The notes beneath the pieces are model-generated. The model had not been told where the DNA came from. It ran no database searches and saw only the letters and a list, made by a program, of their open reading frames with translations. Source: Acidimicrobiaceae bacterium (GTDB lineage: Bacteria > Actinomycetota > Acidimicrobiia > Acidimicrobiales > Aldehydirespiratoraceae). Taken from it: a DNA stretch of 64,000 nucleotides. Every line of letters starts with the position of its first letter. The first letter of the stretch is position 1. The stretch lies in NCBI GenBank assembly GCA_009843735.1, contig VYCW01000089.1, forward strand, positions 5,598 through 69,597. The letters run 5' to 3'. Position numbers and translations under genes: made by a program. Positions 47,400 through 58,792 of the stretch are shown piece after piece.

Positions 47400-48440
47400 A
47401 TGAGGCCAAGGGTGCGGAACGCAGCTGGTGCGGCATGCATCGGCGCCGCGGCGGTGTTCTACTCGTTGATCCCGCTGCCGATCCGGTACGCCGGCGAGGG
47501 ATTCTCCGTTCTGGTGCTGGGCACGCTCATGGAGTCGGCCTGCGCCACGATGCTGCTGGCCGCGCTGGCGGTGTCGTCCAAGGCCGCTCTGGGGGTCGGC
47601 CCGCTCCAGGCGATGCGCCCAGCGCGGCTGGTGGCGCTGCCTCCCGCCGGGCCGGCAGGCCCGCGCCCGGCTCTGCTGCTGGCGTTGCTGCTGGTCACGG
47701 CACCCAACGTCCTGCTGTACGCCGGCACGGCTGCGCTGCTGCCGCTCGTGGTGCTGTCCTGCTTCTCGGACGGCCTGGACGTCGTGCCCCAGTCTCTTCT
47801 GATCGCGCGCTGGAGCGGCAGCAGCAGAAGCATCTCGTCGCGCAGCGCCGTCATGATGTGCGGACTGCCCGTTGCGGTGTTGGCGGTCGTGTGGAGCCAG
47901 ACGGCCCCCGGCCAGATCGAGGGAGGCTCCTGGCGCGAAACGGCAGTCGGGTTGGTGCTGGGGGTGCTGACCACGGCGACGTACGCGATCCGGCCGTCGG
48001 CTGGGATCATCTACGGCGACCGGTGCGCCTTGGCCCGCCGCTCTGGCGAAACCGCCGCGTCCGTCAAGGACTACGGCGTCGCGCTGTGGTGGTCGACGTT
48101 CGCCGCCTCTGCGGTCAGCACCCCGATCGTGGCGGTGGTCGCCCTGATGCTCGCCTTCGGCGGGTTGGGCGCCACCCGATCGGCGGCTTACGGCGCAGCG
48201 GCCGGACTGATCATGGGATGTGCCCGCCTGATGCACCGGGCAGGCAACATCGTCACGGCTGACACGCGCGTCAACAGCCTGCTCTACGCGTCGCCTGCTA
48301 TGGCGGCCATTTGGCTGACAATCGCCGGCGACCCCATCTACCAACCCGTGCTGTTCGGCGCAGGCATGGCGGTCATCGCCGTACTCAACGCAGCCATCGC
48401 CGCCGACCGGGGAGATCCGCAACCAGCCGCCCCGCAGTGA
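47400..48440 (+). CDS. Divergent DMT/EamA-like membrane protein
   Basis: About 10 hydrophobic segments; start uncertain. Confidence 0.5.
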   Translation: MRPRVRNAAGAACIGAAAVFYSLIPLPIRYAGEGFSVLVLGTLMESACATMLLAALAVSSKAALGVGPLQAMRPARLVALPPAGPAGPRPALLLALLLVTAPNVLLYAGTAALLPLVVLSCFSDGLDVVPQSLLIARWSGSSRSISSRSAVMMCGLPVAVLAVVWSQTAPGQIEGGSWRETAVGLVLGVLTTATYAIRPSAGIIYGDRCALARRSGETAASVKDYGVALWWSTFAASAVSTPIVAVVALMLAFGGLGATRSAAYGAAAGLIMGCARLMHRAGNIVTADTRVNSLLYASPAMAAIWLTIAGDPIYQPVLFGAGMAVIAVLNAAIAADRGDPQPAAPQ

Positions 48441-48458
48441 CTGAAGGGCAAAGCGGCC

Positions 48459-48956
48459 TCAGTGGCGCTTGACGCCTCCGTACTTCATGCGGGTGTCGCT
48501 CATGGAGGCTGAGCGGGCCTCGTCGACGTGGATGTCGCCGTCCACCATCTCCCCCACGAACAGGGTGTGGGTGCCGAGGTCGATGGCGTGGCGCACCTCG
48601 CAGTCCATCCAGGCGATGGCCTCGATGAACACCGGCGCTCCGGTGGTCGCCTCCCGCACGGCCCGGCCGTTGAGGGTCCCGTCGGCGTAGGTGGCCGGCT
48701 TCGAGAACTTGACGAACACCCGGGTGTCCTCGGCGTTCCACAAGTTGACCGTGAACGAGCCCCCCTCGGAGATGAGCCGGTGCGTCACTGCCGTATTGTC
48801 CACCCCGACACCTATGAGGACCGGCTCCATCGACAGCTGCGTGATCCAGCTCGCGGTCATGCCGTTGCGCTCGTCGCCCGAGCGCGACCCGATCAGGGCC
48901 AGCGCGTTGGGGATCTTCCAGGTGAGCCGATTCACGAGTTGGTCGTCCAGAGCCAT
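48459..48956 (-). CDS. Flavin reductase (HpaC/DIM6-like)
   Basis: NGMTASW, SMEP, GAP and GTHTLFVGE motifs. Confidence 0.9.
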   Translation of the reverse strand: MALDDQLVNRLTWKIPNALALIGSRSGDERNGMTASWITQLSMEPVLIGVGVDNTAVTHRLISEGGSFTVNLWNAEDTRVFVKFSKPATYADGTLNGRAVREATTGAPVFIEAIAWMDCEVRHAIDLGTHTLFVGEMVDGDIHVDEARSASMSDTRMKYGGVKRH

Positions 48957-48980
48957 GGCGCCACCCTATCGGGGGGTCTG

Positions 48981-49820
48981 ATGCGGCCCCGAGAGTCCGC
49001 CCCCGAGGCGCTCTTCATGGTCGGGGCGGTGTCGCAGTACCTGGGCGCGGCGGTGGCCGTGGTGCTGTTCGACGAGTTGGCCCCAGGCGGGGTGGCGTTG
49101 CTGAGAGTGGTGGCCGCGGCAGCGGTCATCGTGGCCCTGCGGCGCTCATGGCGGCGGCGATGGCAGGCCCGCGAGCTGGGTCGGGCCGCAGCCTTCGGCG
49201 TGTCTCTGGCCGCCATGAACCTGTGCTTCTACCTGGCCATGGACCGGCTGCCGCTGGGCAACGCGGTGGCCATTGAGTTCACCGGTCCGGTGGTGGTGGC
49301 TGCCCTCGGAGCCCGCACCCTGCGCTCGGCGGGGGCGGTGGTGCTGGCAGTGGCGGGGGTCATGGTGCTGGCCGGCGTGGAATCGGAGGGCACAGCCGCC
49401 GGCGTCGGGTTCGCGCTACTGGCCGGCGGGTTCTGGGCCGGCTACATCCTGCTCGGCCACCGGGTGGCCCGCAGCCCGGCCTCGGTGGACGGGCTGGGGC
49501 TGGGGATGCTGGCCGGAGCGCTGGCCATCAGCCCGTTCGGCGCCACCGCCGTGGCCGGAGCGCTGGACGCTCCGGTGGTGCTCGCCCTCGGGTTGACCAC
49601 CGGTGTGCTGTCCAACGTGATCCCCTACCGCATCGACCAGACGGTGATGCGCCGGGTCGACCCGCACCGCTTCGCCCTGCTGCAGGCGCTGCTGCCGGCC
49701 ACGGCCACCGTGGTAGGCCTGGCCGCCCTGGCCCAGGTGCCAAGCGTCCCGGAGGCCCTCGGCATCGGCCTGGTGATAGCAGCCATCTTGGCCGGCCGCC
49801 CGGGCGCCAAGCCCGATTAG
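48981..49820 (+). CDS. EamA/RhtA-like transporter
   Basis: MNLCFYLAMDRLPLGNAVAIEFTGP; upstream neighbours include asd/lysC. Confidence 0.85.
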   Translation: MRPRESAPEALFMVGAVSQYLGAAVAVVLFDELAPGGVALLRVVAAAAVIVALRRSWRRRWQARELGRAAAFGVSLAAMNLCFYLAMDRLPLGNAVAIEFTGPVVVAALGARTLRSAGAVVLAVAGVMVLAGVESEGTAAGVGFALLAGGFWAGYILLGHRVARSPASVDGLGLGMLAGALAISPFGATAVAGALDAPVVLALGLTTGVLSNVIPYRIDQTVMRRVDPHRFALLQALLPATATVVGLAALAQVPSVPEALGIGLVIAAILAGRPGAKPD

Positions 49821-49830
49821 CGCCTGGGCG

Positions 49831-51021
<1,191 letters not shown>

Positions 51022-51035
51022 CCGGGGAGCGGTGG

Positions 51036-52274
51036 TCAGTAGACGTTGCGGCGGTCGGCGGGGTCCTTGTCGAGCTCGAAAGACTCGTGCAGCGCGACCA
51101 CGGCCCGCTCCATGTCCCCGGCCCGGATCACGCAGGAGATGCGGATCGCCGACGTCGAGATCATCTCGATGTTGATCCCCGCCGCGGCCAGCGTCTCGAA
51201 CATCCGGGCGGCCACGCCCGGATTGGTCTGCATGCCGGCGCCGATCAGGCTCACCCGGGCGATACCGTCGTCGGCGGACACGTCGTCGGCGCCCAGCTCG
51301 CCAATGAGCCCCTGCGCCACCGACCGGGCCGCGTCGAGCTGCAGCCTTGGCACGGTGAAGCTGATGTCGGTGACGCCCTCGCTCGACACGTTCTGAACGA
51401 TCATGTCGACGTTCACATCGGTGTCGGCCAGCGCCCGGAACAGCCGGCCAGCCACTCCGGGCTTGTCGGCGACCCCTGAGACGGTCATCTTCGCCTCGCT
51501 GGCGTCGTGGGTGACGGCCGAGATGATGGCGTGCTCCATGGCTTCCTCCCCGGTAACTGTGGTGCCCGGCATCCAGCTGAACGCGGATCGCACGTGCAGC
51601 TCGACGCCATAAGTCCTGGCCAGCTCGACCGCCCGCATGGCCGGCTTCGGGCAGCCGGTGGCGGTCATCTCCAGCAGCTCGTCGAACGAGACCGCATCCA
51701 TGCGCCGCGCCTGGGGTACCAGGCGGGGGTCGGCGCTGAACACGCCGGGCACATCGGTGTAGATCTCGCAGTAGTCGGCGCCCAGGACATGGGCCAGCGC
51801 CACTGCGGTGGTGTCGGACCCTCCCCGGCCGAAGAACGTCACGTCGCCGTCGCCGGACACCCCCTGGGAACCGCCCACCACCGGCACGATGCCACGGTCG
51901 AGCGCCCCGGTGACGCGGCCCGGCGTGATCTCGGTGATCTTGGCGCCGGTGTGGGTGGAGTCGGTACGGAACCCGGCCTGGCTGCCGGTGAACGATGCCG
52001 CGGGCACCCCCACGTCGCTCAGGGCCATGGCCATCAGGGCGCAGGCCTTGCGCTCGCCCCCTGTGATGAGCATGTCGACCTCGCGGCCAGGCGGGTCCGC
52101 AGCCACGTCGGAGGCCATCCGGAGCAGTTCATCGGTCTCGCTGCCCATGGCCGAGACGACCAGCACGACCTCGTCGCCGTGGCTGCGACGGCGCGCCACA
52201 TGGTCGGCCACGACCCGGATCCGGTCGGGGCCGGCAACCGAGGTGCCGCCGAACTTCTCTACTACGAGTACCAC
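51036..52274 (-). CDS. lysC: Aspartate kinase (two ACT domains)
   Basis: KFGGTSV, GRGGSDTTA and ACT domains; internal Met (MEHAIIS) typical of the beta subunit. Confidence 0.96.
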   Translation of the reverse strand: MVLVVEKFGGTSVAGPDRIRVVADHVARRRSHGDEVVLVVSAMGSETDELLRMASDVAADPPGREVDMLITGGERKACALMAMALSDVGVPAASFTGSQAGFRTDSTHTGAKITEITPGRVTGALDRGIVPVVGGSQGVSGDGDVTFFGRGGSDTTAVALAHVLGADYCEIYTDVPGVFSADPRLVPQARRMDAVSFDELLEMTATGCPKPAMRAVELARTYGVELHVRSAFSWMPGTTVTGEEAMEHAIISAVTHDASEAKMTVSGVADKPGVAGRLFRALADTDVNVDMIVQNVSSEGVTDISFTVPRLQLDAARSVAQGLIGELGADDVSADDGIARVSLIGAGMQTNPGVAARMFETLAAAGINIEMISTSAIRISCVIRAGDMERAVVALHESFELDKDPADRRNVY

Positions 52275-52369
52275 GGTCGATCAGGCTACCGGCGCGGTGG
52301 GTGGGGCCCAGCCGGCGAGTGCCGGGCACAAGCCGTAGCAAATGCGCCAATCCGTGGCATTCTTGGGGC

Positions 52370-52771
52370 GTGAGCGATGCGCTCGCCATCGACGAGATAG
52401 TCCTGAAGGTGCCCGCCACCGCCGCTTGCGGCCGGATCGTGCGCGTGGGTGCCGCGGCCGTGGCCCTTCGCCAGGGCATGTCGTTCACGGAGATCGATGA
52501 GTTGCGCGCGGCCATGGACCAGGCGACCGAGCTGCTGCTCGCGCCGCCGACCGGTCCCGGCGCCACCATCGTGTGCGTGCTCCGGGCCCAGGGAGGCCGC
52601 CTCGAAGTGGACTTGGAGCGCACCGACGGGGCCAGCGTCGCAGCCACCGACGCAGCCCGGTTCAAGAAGGCGGCCGACGCCTCGAACGTGTCGGCCACCG
52701 TGGAGCCCGAGCGGGGACGGCTGTTGATGCGCAAGGACATAGGCCGGCCCGGCAGCCGGCCCGCGGCCTGA
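52370..52771 (+). CDS. RsbW/anti-sigma-like degenerate HATPase_c protein
   Basis: LKVPA..IVR...MSFTEIDELRAAMDQA resembles the RsbW N-terminus; G-boxes not evident. Confidence 0.5.
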   Translation: MSDALAIDEIVLKVPATAACGRIVRVGAAAVALRQGMSFTEIDELRAAMDQATELLLAPPTGPGATIVCVLRAQGGRLEVDLERTDGASVAATDAARFKKAADASNVSATVEPERGRLLMRKDIGRPGSRPAA

Positions 52772-52790
52772 TACTCCAACGGCGGGAGGC

Positions 52791-52931
52791 TTAGAACGAG
52801 CGCGGGTAGGTGCAAGCTAGTCGTGCCGGGGCGGGGTGTCTCCCGCTCTTGTTCGCTGCGCTCACGGGCCGCTCGGGCCACGGCCCCGCCCGTATGGACC
52901 GGGTTCGCTCGCCTACCCGCGGGGCCTCTTA
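52791..52931. mobile_element. Repeat family B, most complete MITE-like copy
   Basis: Inverted arms gcgggtagg/cctacccgc and gcgggg/ccccgc around a conserved core; ends in ctctta. Confidence 0.6.
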
Positions 52932-53366
52932 GCGCCCGGTCGAGCCGAATCCCTGGTCGCCGCGCGTCGAGGGGTCGAGGCTGTCCACCTCCACCAAGCG
53001 CACCTGCTCCACCGCCATCACCACCAGCTGGGCGATCCGTTCGCCCCGCTCCACCGCGAACGGCTCGGACGGGTCGGTGTTCACCAGCACCACTTTGAGC
53101 TCCCCGCGGTACCCGGAGTCGATCAATCCGGGCGTGTTCAGGCAGGTCACGCCGTGCTTGAGGGCCAGCCCGCTGCGGGGGAGCACGAAGCCGGCGCACC
53201 CCTCCGGCAGTGAGACGGCCACTCCGGTGGGCACCAGCGCCCGGCCGCCGCCCGCAGCGAGGACCGTGGGGGTGCGGGCCATCAAGTCGATGCCGGCGTC
53301 GCCGGGCCGGGCATAGGCGGGCATGGGCAGGTCAGGATCGAGCCGGAGCACCGGAACGTCGAGCAC
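52929..53366 (-). CDS. dut: dUTPase
   Basis: DAGIDL, PRSGLA, GLIDSGYRGE and RGDQGFGSTG motifs. Confidence 0.97.
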   Translation of the reverse strand: MLDVPVLRLDPDLPMPAYARPGDAGIDLMARTPTVLAAGGGRALVPTGVAVSLPEGCAGFVLPRSGLALKHGVTCLNTPGLIDSGYRGELKVVLVNTDPSEPFAVERGERIAQLVVMAVEQVRLVEVDSLDPSTRGDQGFGSTGR

Positions 53367-53441
53367 CGGCCGAGAGTAGCGGGATGCACAGCCGGTGCTC
53401 GCGCATCCCGCGCCGCTGCTGGGGATCGTTATCCTGCCTCA

Positions 53442-54005
53442 GTGCTCGCCTGGATGGACTTGGAGATGACCGGCCTCGATCCCGAGCTCCATTCCATCGT
53501 CGAGATCGCGGTGCTCATCACCGACGACGACCTTGAGATCGTCGCCACCGGGCCTGATCTCGTGATCCACCAGCCCGAGGAGGTACTGGCCCGCATGGGC
53601 GACACCGTGCGCACGATGCACACCAGCAGCGGCCTGCTCGACGCGGTGCGAGCCTCGACCGTGAGCCTGGCCGACGCCGGTGGCGAGGTGCTCACGTTCT
53701 TGCGATCACACATCGACGGGCCTAGGACCGTTCCGCTGTGCGGCAACTCCATCGGCACCGACCGCCGGTTCCTGGCCCGGCACCTGCCGGAGGTCGAGGA
53801 CTTCCTGCACTACCGGTCGATCGACGTGTCCACCGTGAAAGAGCTGGCCCGCCGCTGGCAACCATCGGTGTATGAGGGTGCACCCGACAAGGCAGGAGGC
53901 CACCGGGCACTCGACGACATCACCGAGAGCCTCGAGGAATTGCGCTGGTACCGCCGGGCCGGGTTCATCGGCGGCCCAGAGGCCGGGCCTGAGAGCGCGC
54001 CGTGA
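53442..54005 (+). CDS. orn: Oligoribonuclease
   Basis: WMDLEMTGLD, CGNSI..DRRF and HRALDDI motifs. Confidence 0.96.
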   Translation: MLAWMDLEMTGLDPELHSIVEIAVLITDDDLEIVATGPDLVIHQPEEVLARMGDTVRTMHTSSGLLDAVRASTVSLADAGGEVLTFLRSHIDGPRTVPLCGNSIGTDRRFLARHLPEVEDFLHYRSIDVSTVKELARRWQPSVYEGAPDKAGGHRALDDITESLEELRWYRRAGFIGGPEAGPESAP

Positions 54006-55117
54006 GCGTGAAGACCTACAGGAAGCAGGAGCAGGAGCCCGCGTCCTCGGAGGTGACCGAGGTGGCGCCGGGCGTGCTGCGGCTGCAGCTTCCGGTGAGC
54101 ATGCCGGGCCTGGGCCACGTCAACTGCTACGCGCTGGTCGACTCCAACGGAGCGGCCCTGGTGGACCCCGGACTGCCCGGCGAGGAGTCGTGGTCGGCGC
54201 TGGTCGACCGGCTCGGGCAGGCTGGCATTCCCCTACGGCGGGTGCACACCACCGTCGTCACCCACTCCCATCCCGATCACTACGGCGGCAGCCACCAGCT
54301 GCGCGAGGAGACCGGCACCGAGCTGCTGGCCCATGCCGCCTTCATCTCCAGCCCGGCGGCCGACGACGCCAACGCCGACATCGACCTGGAGCTGCTGGAA
54401 TTGGATGCCGAGGCGCTGGTAGAGCTCTGGAAGGCCAAGCTGGCGGACCGGGGCAGCACCCCGTGGGGCACCCGCCGGGAGCCGCCCCCCGACGAGGCCA
54501 TCCGCCTGTTCATCCAGAGCAACGTCGAGGGCCAGGTGCCCCGCTTCCGGGTGCCGGAGCCCACCATCCGGGTCGCGGAGGGCGACCCGGTCCGGCTGGC
54601 GGGGCGGGACTGGTTCGCAGTCCACACCCCCGGCCACACCGTCGACCACCTGTGCCTGTGGGACCCGACCGAGGGCGTGCTCCTGTCGGGGGACCACGTG
54701 CTCCCCACGATCACGCCCCACATCGCGGGCTCGACCGACATCGACGACCCGCTGGCGGCCTTCTTCGAGTCGCTGGCCCGGGTGGGGGCGTTCGAGGGGG
54801 TCAAGGTATGCCTGCCCGCCCACGGGCACCCGTTCACCGACCTGCGGGGCCGTACCGACAGCATCCGCCGCCACCACGTCGAGCGGCTCGACATCCTGCG
54901 GGCGGCGGCCGCCGCGCTCGGCGACGCGCCGGTGGAGGCCTACATGAAGGAGCTCTTCTCCGAGCGGGCCTGGGGCGACATGGCCGCCAGCGAGACGTTC
55001 GCCCATCTGGAGCATCTGCGGGTGATCGGGGAGGCCGAGAGCAGCCGCGACGGCGACGGCCTGCTGCTCTACCGGCCGGCTGGCCCCGACCCGGCTCATC
55101 CCGGCCGCGACCGGTAG
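54002..55117 (+). CDS. MBL-fold metallo-hydrolase
   Basis: THSHPDH, TPGH, SGDH and PAHG motifs. Confidence 0.9.
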   Translation: MSVKTYRKQEQEPASSEVTEVAPGVLRLQLPVSMPGLGHVNCYALVDSNGAALVDPGLPGEESWSALVDRLGQAGIPLRRVHTTVVTHSHPDHYGGSHQLREETGTELLAHAAFISSPAADDANADIDLELLELDAEALVELWKAKLADRGSTPWGTRREPPPDEAIRLFIQSNVEGQVPRFRVPEPTIRVAEGDPVRLAGRDWFAVHTPGHTVDHLCLWDPTEGVLLSGDHVLPTITPHIAGSTDIDDPLAAFFESLARVGAFEGVKVCLPAHGHPFTDLRGRTDSIRRHHVERLDILRAAAAALGDAPVEAYMKELFSERAWGDMAASETFAHLEHLRVIGEAESSRDGDGLLLYRPAGPDPAHPGRDR

Positions 55118-55154
55118 CGCCCGCCTGGCCATGCCGGCATCCGAGGGCGGAGTC

Positions 55155-55703
55155 ATGAAGGACGAGCCGGACCGGCGAAGCGGCATCCGGCCACGCCTGC
55201 TCATCGCGCTCGCCGCGGTGGCGGCCGCGACCGTGATCGCCTTCGCAGCAGAGGCTGTCCTCTCGCCCGACGTCTCCGAGAGCACCGACCTCTCCGACCT
55301 CACCTTCGACCTCTTCGACGGCGGCACCGGCACCATCGCCGACTACGAGGGCACCCCGCTGGTGGTGAACTTCTTCGCGTCGTGGTGCCCACCGTGCGTT
55401 CGGGAGATGCCCGAGTTCCAGGACGTGTTCGAGAGCCTCGACGGCCGGGTGGCGTTCCTCGGCCTCTCGCAGGACTCGTCGACGCAGGCCGCCCTCGACC
55501 TGGTGGAGCGGACAGGCGTCACCTACGACGTGGGCTGGGACCTCGATCTGGAGGTGTACGGGGCGACGGACAGCATCGCCATGCCCACCACCGCGTTCGT
55601 GTCGCCCGACGGCGAGCTGCTCGACACCTTCGCCGGAGTCCTCGACGCCGAGTCGCTGGCTGAACTCGTCGAGAATGTGCTGCTCGTAGCGGCTAGACCG
55701 TAG
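55155..55703 (+). CDS. TlpA/ResA-like membrane-anchored thioredoxin
   Basis: N-terminal TM, NFFASWCPPC and MPTT. Confidence 0.88.
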   Translation: MKDEPDRRSGIRPRLLIALAAVAAATVIAFAAEAVLSPDVSESTDLSDLTFDLFDGGTGTIADYEGTPLVVNFFASWCPPCVREMPEFQDVFESLDGRVAFLGLSQDSSTQAALDLVERTGVTYDVGWDLDLEVYGATDSIAMPTTAFVSPDGELLDTFAGVLDAESLAELVENVLLVAARP

Positions 55704-55707
55704 AGCC

Positions 55708-56850
55708 ATGGACTGGGCAACCGTCGCCTACCCGTTCTCGCTGGGCCTGGTCGCCGCGTTCAACCCGTGCGGCTTCGCACTGCTGCCCGCCTACCTGTCG
55801 TACTTCATCGGCGTGGAGCAGTCCGGCGATCGGCCGTCCTCGGGCAGCCAGGCGCTCGGCGCGATGTTACGGGCCATGGCGGTGGCCCTCACCCTCACGG
55901 CCGGATTCGTGCTGGTGTTCGGCGCCTTCGGCCTGCTGTTCGAGACGGTGCTCAGCCAGGGCACGGTGCTCGACCGCATCGGCTATGTGACCATCGCCAT
56001 CGGCGTGGTAATGGCGCTGCTGGGCCTGTGGCTCCTGGCCGGGCGGACCATCAACCTGCGGCTGCCGAAGATGAACCGGGGCACCGGCAGCCGGGGCATG
56101 GGTTCGGTCTTCATGTTCGGCGTCAGCTACGCGGTCGTGTCGCTGTCGTGCACAATCGGCCTGTTCATCGCGGCGGTGGCCACCAGCTTCTCGGCCGACG
56201 GGGTGGCCAACGGCACCGCCAACTTCGTGGCCTACGGCGTCGGCATGGGCGCGGTGATGACGTTCCTGACCCTGACCCTGGCCACGGCCCGTTCCAGCGT
56301 GGTGCCGGCCATGCGCCGGATGTTCCGCTGGATCAACCCGATCTCGGGCCTGGTGCTGATCGCGTCGGGGGTCTATGTCGCCAACTACGGCTGGTGGGAA
56401 CTCCAGATCATCGACAACCCGCGGGCCACCAACGTCCTGGTCGACAAGTTCACCGAGTTCCAGGCGGCGGTTAGCAACTGGATCGACGACGCCACCGCCG
56501 AGCGCATCGGCGTCCTGTGCGCCCTGGGCGTGCTCGGCGCCCTGCTGCTGGGCTGGCGCCAGGGAGTGGCCAGCGCGCTGGCGCGGCGCTTCGTGACCGC
56601 GATCTACCTGGCCCTGTACCTGGTGGTGGAGCTCTACTTCAACCAGGGCGAGTTCGTGCTGCTGCCGGTGGTGCGGTTCGTTGCCGGATGGCCGCTGCGG
56701 GTCGGCCACTGGTTCACCGATCCGGCCCGCTTCGGGGTGCCGTTGGAGATCCTGTTCACCGCGCTGGTCGTCTGGGTCGTCTGGAGGATCCTGAGACGGG
56801 TCAAGCACCGGGGGCGCCCTGAGCAGACCGCGCTGAACCAGCCGCTTTGA
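55708..56850 (+). CDS. ccdA: CcdA/DsbD-TM cytochrome c biogenesis protein with C-terminal membrane extension
   Basis: FNPCGFALLPAY and SLSCT motifs. Confidence 0.85.
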   Translation: MDWATVAYPFSLGLVAAFNPCGFALLPAYLSYFIGVEQSGDRPSSGSQALGAMLRAMAVALTLTAGFVLVFGAFGLLFETVLSQGTVLDRIGYVTIAIGVVMALLGLWLLAGRTINLRLPKMNRGTGSRGMGSVFMFGVSYAVVSLSCTIGLFIAAVATSFSADGVANGTANFVAYGVGMGAVMTFLTLTLATARSSVVPAMRRMFRWINPISGLVLIASGVYVANYGWWELQIIDNPRATNVLVDKFTEFQAAVSNWIDDATAERIGVLCALGVLGALLLGWRQGVASALARRFVTAIYLALYLVVELYFNQGEFVLLPVVRFVAGWPLRVGHWFTDPARFGVPLEILFTALVVWVVWRILRRVKHRGRPEQTALNQPL

Positions 56851-57464
56851 CCGGAGGCTTTCCGGAGCTGCTCGCCCACCCAGGCGTGGACGAGGTATGC
56901 GAGCTGCAGGCTCGGTTCGGGATCATGGCGTTCCATGGCGGGAACCTGGAGCGCACCACCGACGTGATCGCCGGGGAGGTGGCGGCCCGCACCGGAGCCT
57001 CGCTCTACGCGGTGATCCAGCACGCGCCGCTGCGTGAGCACGTTCCCTCCATCACCATCCGGCCCGAGCATTCCGCCAGCCTCCGGGAGTTCTTCGAGCA
57101 TGTTCACACCGTCATTGCGGTCCACGGCTACGGGCGCGAGACCCAGTTCTGGAACGTGCTTCTGGGCGGTCGCAACCGGCAGCTGGCCGGGCACTTGGCC
57201 GGGCACCTGCGGGCCGCGCTCCCGGACGCCTTCGGGGTGGTCGACGACCTCGACGAGATCCCGCGGGGGCTTCGAGGCCTGCACGAGGACAACCCGGTGA
57301 ACCTGCCGTCCAACACCGGGGTGCAGTTGGAGCTGCCGCCCACCATCCGCTGGAACAAGGAGGCCCGCAACTGGTCCGACCACGAGGGCACGCCCCGGGC
57401 CCCCCAGGTCGACACCCTCATCGACGCCCTGGTCGGCGCCGTCGACACCTGGCCCGATCGGTAG
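56847..57464 (+). CDS. Poly-gamma-glutamate hydrolase family (DUF867) protein
   Basis: AFHGGNLE, VHGY, GLHEDNPVN and GVQLEL motifs. Confidence 0.75.
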   Translation: MTGGFPELLAHPGVDEVCELQARFGIMAFHGGNLERTTDVIAGEVAARTGASLYAVIQHAPLREHVPSITIRPEHSASLREFFEHVHTVIAVHGYGRETQFWNVLLGGRNRQLAGHLAGHLRAALPDAFGVVDDLDEIPRGLRGLHEDNPVNLPSNTGVQLELPPTIRWNKEARNWSDHEGTPRAPQVDTLIDALVGAVDTWPDR

Positions 57465-57475
57465 GGCGCAGCCCC

Positions 57476-58126
57476 TTAGGGCGCCAGGCGTTCGACAACC
57501 CAGCCCGCATCCGATCCGGGATCCGAGCGGCGGTAGCGCAGGCGGTCGTGCAGGCGGCTGCGGCGGCCCTGCCAGAACTCGACGGTGACCGGTCGCACCA
57601 GGTACCCGCCCCAGTAGGCGGGCCTCGGCACGGAGGCCGACGCCGCGAAGCGGGCCTCGGTCTCGGCGGTGAGGCGCTCCAGTTCGGCCCGGCCGGCGAT
57701 CACTTCGGACTGCGGCGACGCGCTGGCCGCGATCTGGGCGCCCCGGGGCCTCGACGCGAAGTAGGCGTCGCTCTCGTCGTCGGGGAGGTGCTCCACCGTT
57801 CCCACCACCCGCACCTGGCGCTCGAGCGGCTGCCACAGGAAGCAGAGCGAAGCCCGGTGCGACCGGTCCAGGTCCAGCCCCTTGGCCGACCGCCGGTTGG
57901 TGTGGAACACGAAGCCCCGCTCGTCGAGCCCTTTGAGGAGGACCGCCCGGGCCGAGGGCCAGCCATCGGCGTCGGCGGTGGCCAGGATGACCGCGTTGGC
58001 GTCGTAGGGCTTCGCTGACAGCCACTCCTCGAACCAGCGCTTGAACTGGACGATGGGGTCGGCGGCGACGTCCTCCTCGCGGAGCCCGGCCTCGGAGTAC
58101 TGCTCGCGCATCTGCGCTAGATCCAT
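57476..58126 (-). CDS. pdxH: Pyridoxine/pyridoxamine 5'-phosphate oxidase
   Basis: RAVLLKG, SRP, EFWQGR..RLHDR and RLAP motifs. Confidence 0.96.
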   Translation of the reverse strand: MDLAQMREQYSEAGLREEDVAADPIVQFKRWFEEWLSAKPYDANAVILATADADGWPSARAVLLKGLDERGFVFHTNRRSAKGLDLDRSHRASLCFLWQPLERQVRVVGTVEHLPDDESDAYFASRPRGAQIAASASPQSEVIAGRAELERLTAETEARFAASASVPRPAYWGGYLVRPVTVEFWQGRRSRLHDRLRYRRSDPGSDAGWVVERLAP

Positions 58127-58155
58127 GCCCCGACTCTAGGAGGCCGTGAGGCTCG

Positions 58156-58791
58156 CTAGCTGCGGCGGGCGACCAGCCAGAACCCGGTGCCGGCGTAGCT
58201 ACCGGTGGCCGTCCACCGGCCCGGCAGCAGGTCCATCACCTCGTCGGGCGGGAAGTAGATGGGGGTCTCATCACCCATCGTGCTGATCCACACGAAACGG
58301 CCGCCCGGTGCCAGCACCCGGTCGTAGGAGGCCGCGAACATGAACATGTTCACCAGCACCATCACGTCGACCGACGCGGACGCCAGCGGCAGCGCCCCGG
58401 CGTCGGCCCGGACGAACGGCGCCACCGCCGGGTCGGCAAGGGCGAGCATCTTGGGAGACAAGTCCAGTGCAGCGGCCACGGGGCGGCGGGCTGCGATCCG
58501 CTCGGTGGCCGCCCCGGTGCCGCAGCCGATCTCCACCAGGCGCCCCGGCGGAAGATCACCCCGGTCCAGAGCGTCCTCCAGCGGTGCCAGCCGCAGGTCG
58601 CTGCTGTGATCGCAGTGCCAGTCGACGCTGAGGGTGTCGAAGACCCCGGCCACGAACGAGGCCCGCTCGGGCGACCAGCCCTCGCCGGATCCGATCTGCC
58701 GGGTGACGGTCCGCATGGGATGGTCCGAACCGAACCGGGCCGGCTCGACGACGGAGCGCACCGGCTCGATCCAGGTGATCGAACCGGTCAT
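58156..58791 (-). CDS. Class I SAM-dependent methyltransferase
   Basis: VEIGCGTG, DLSPKML and RVLAPGG motifs. Confidence 0.85.
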   Translation of the reverse strand: MTGSITWIEPVRSVVEPARFGSDHPMRTVTRQIGSGEGWSPERASFVAGVFDTLSVDWHCDHSSDLRLAPLEDALDRGDLPPGRLVEIGCGTGAATERIAARRPVAAALDLSPKMLALADPAVAPFVRADAGALPLASASVDVMVLVNMFMFAASYDRVLAPGGRFVWISTMGDETPIYFPPDEVMDLLPGRWTATGSYAGTGFWLVARRS

Positions 58792-58792
58792 C

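Noticed and set aside
48459-48956. Flavin reductase as the dedicated partner of the HpaB-type oxygenase
   Set aside because: It sits outside the operon with its own leaderless promoter among housekeeping genes; possible but unsupported.
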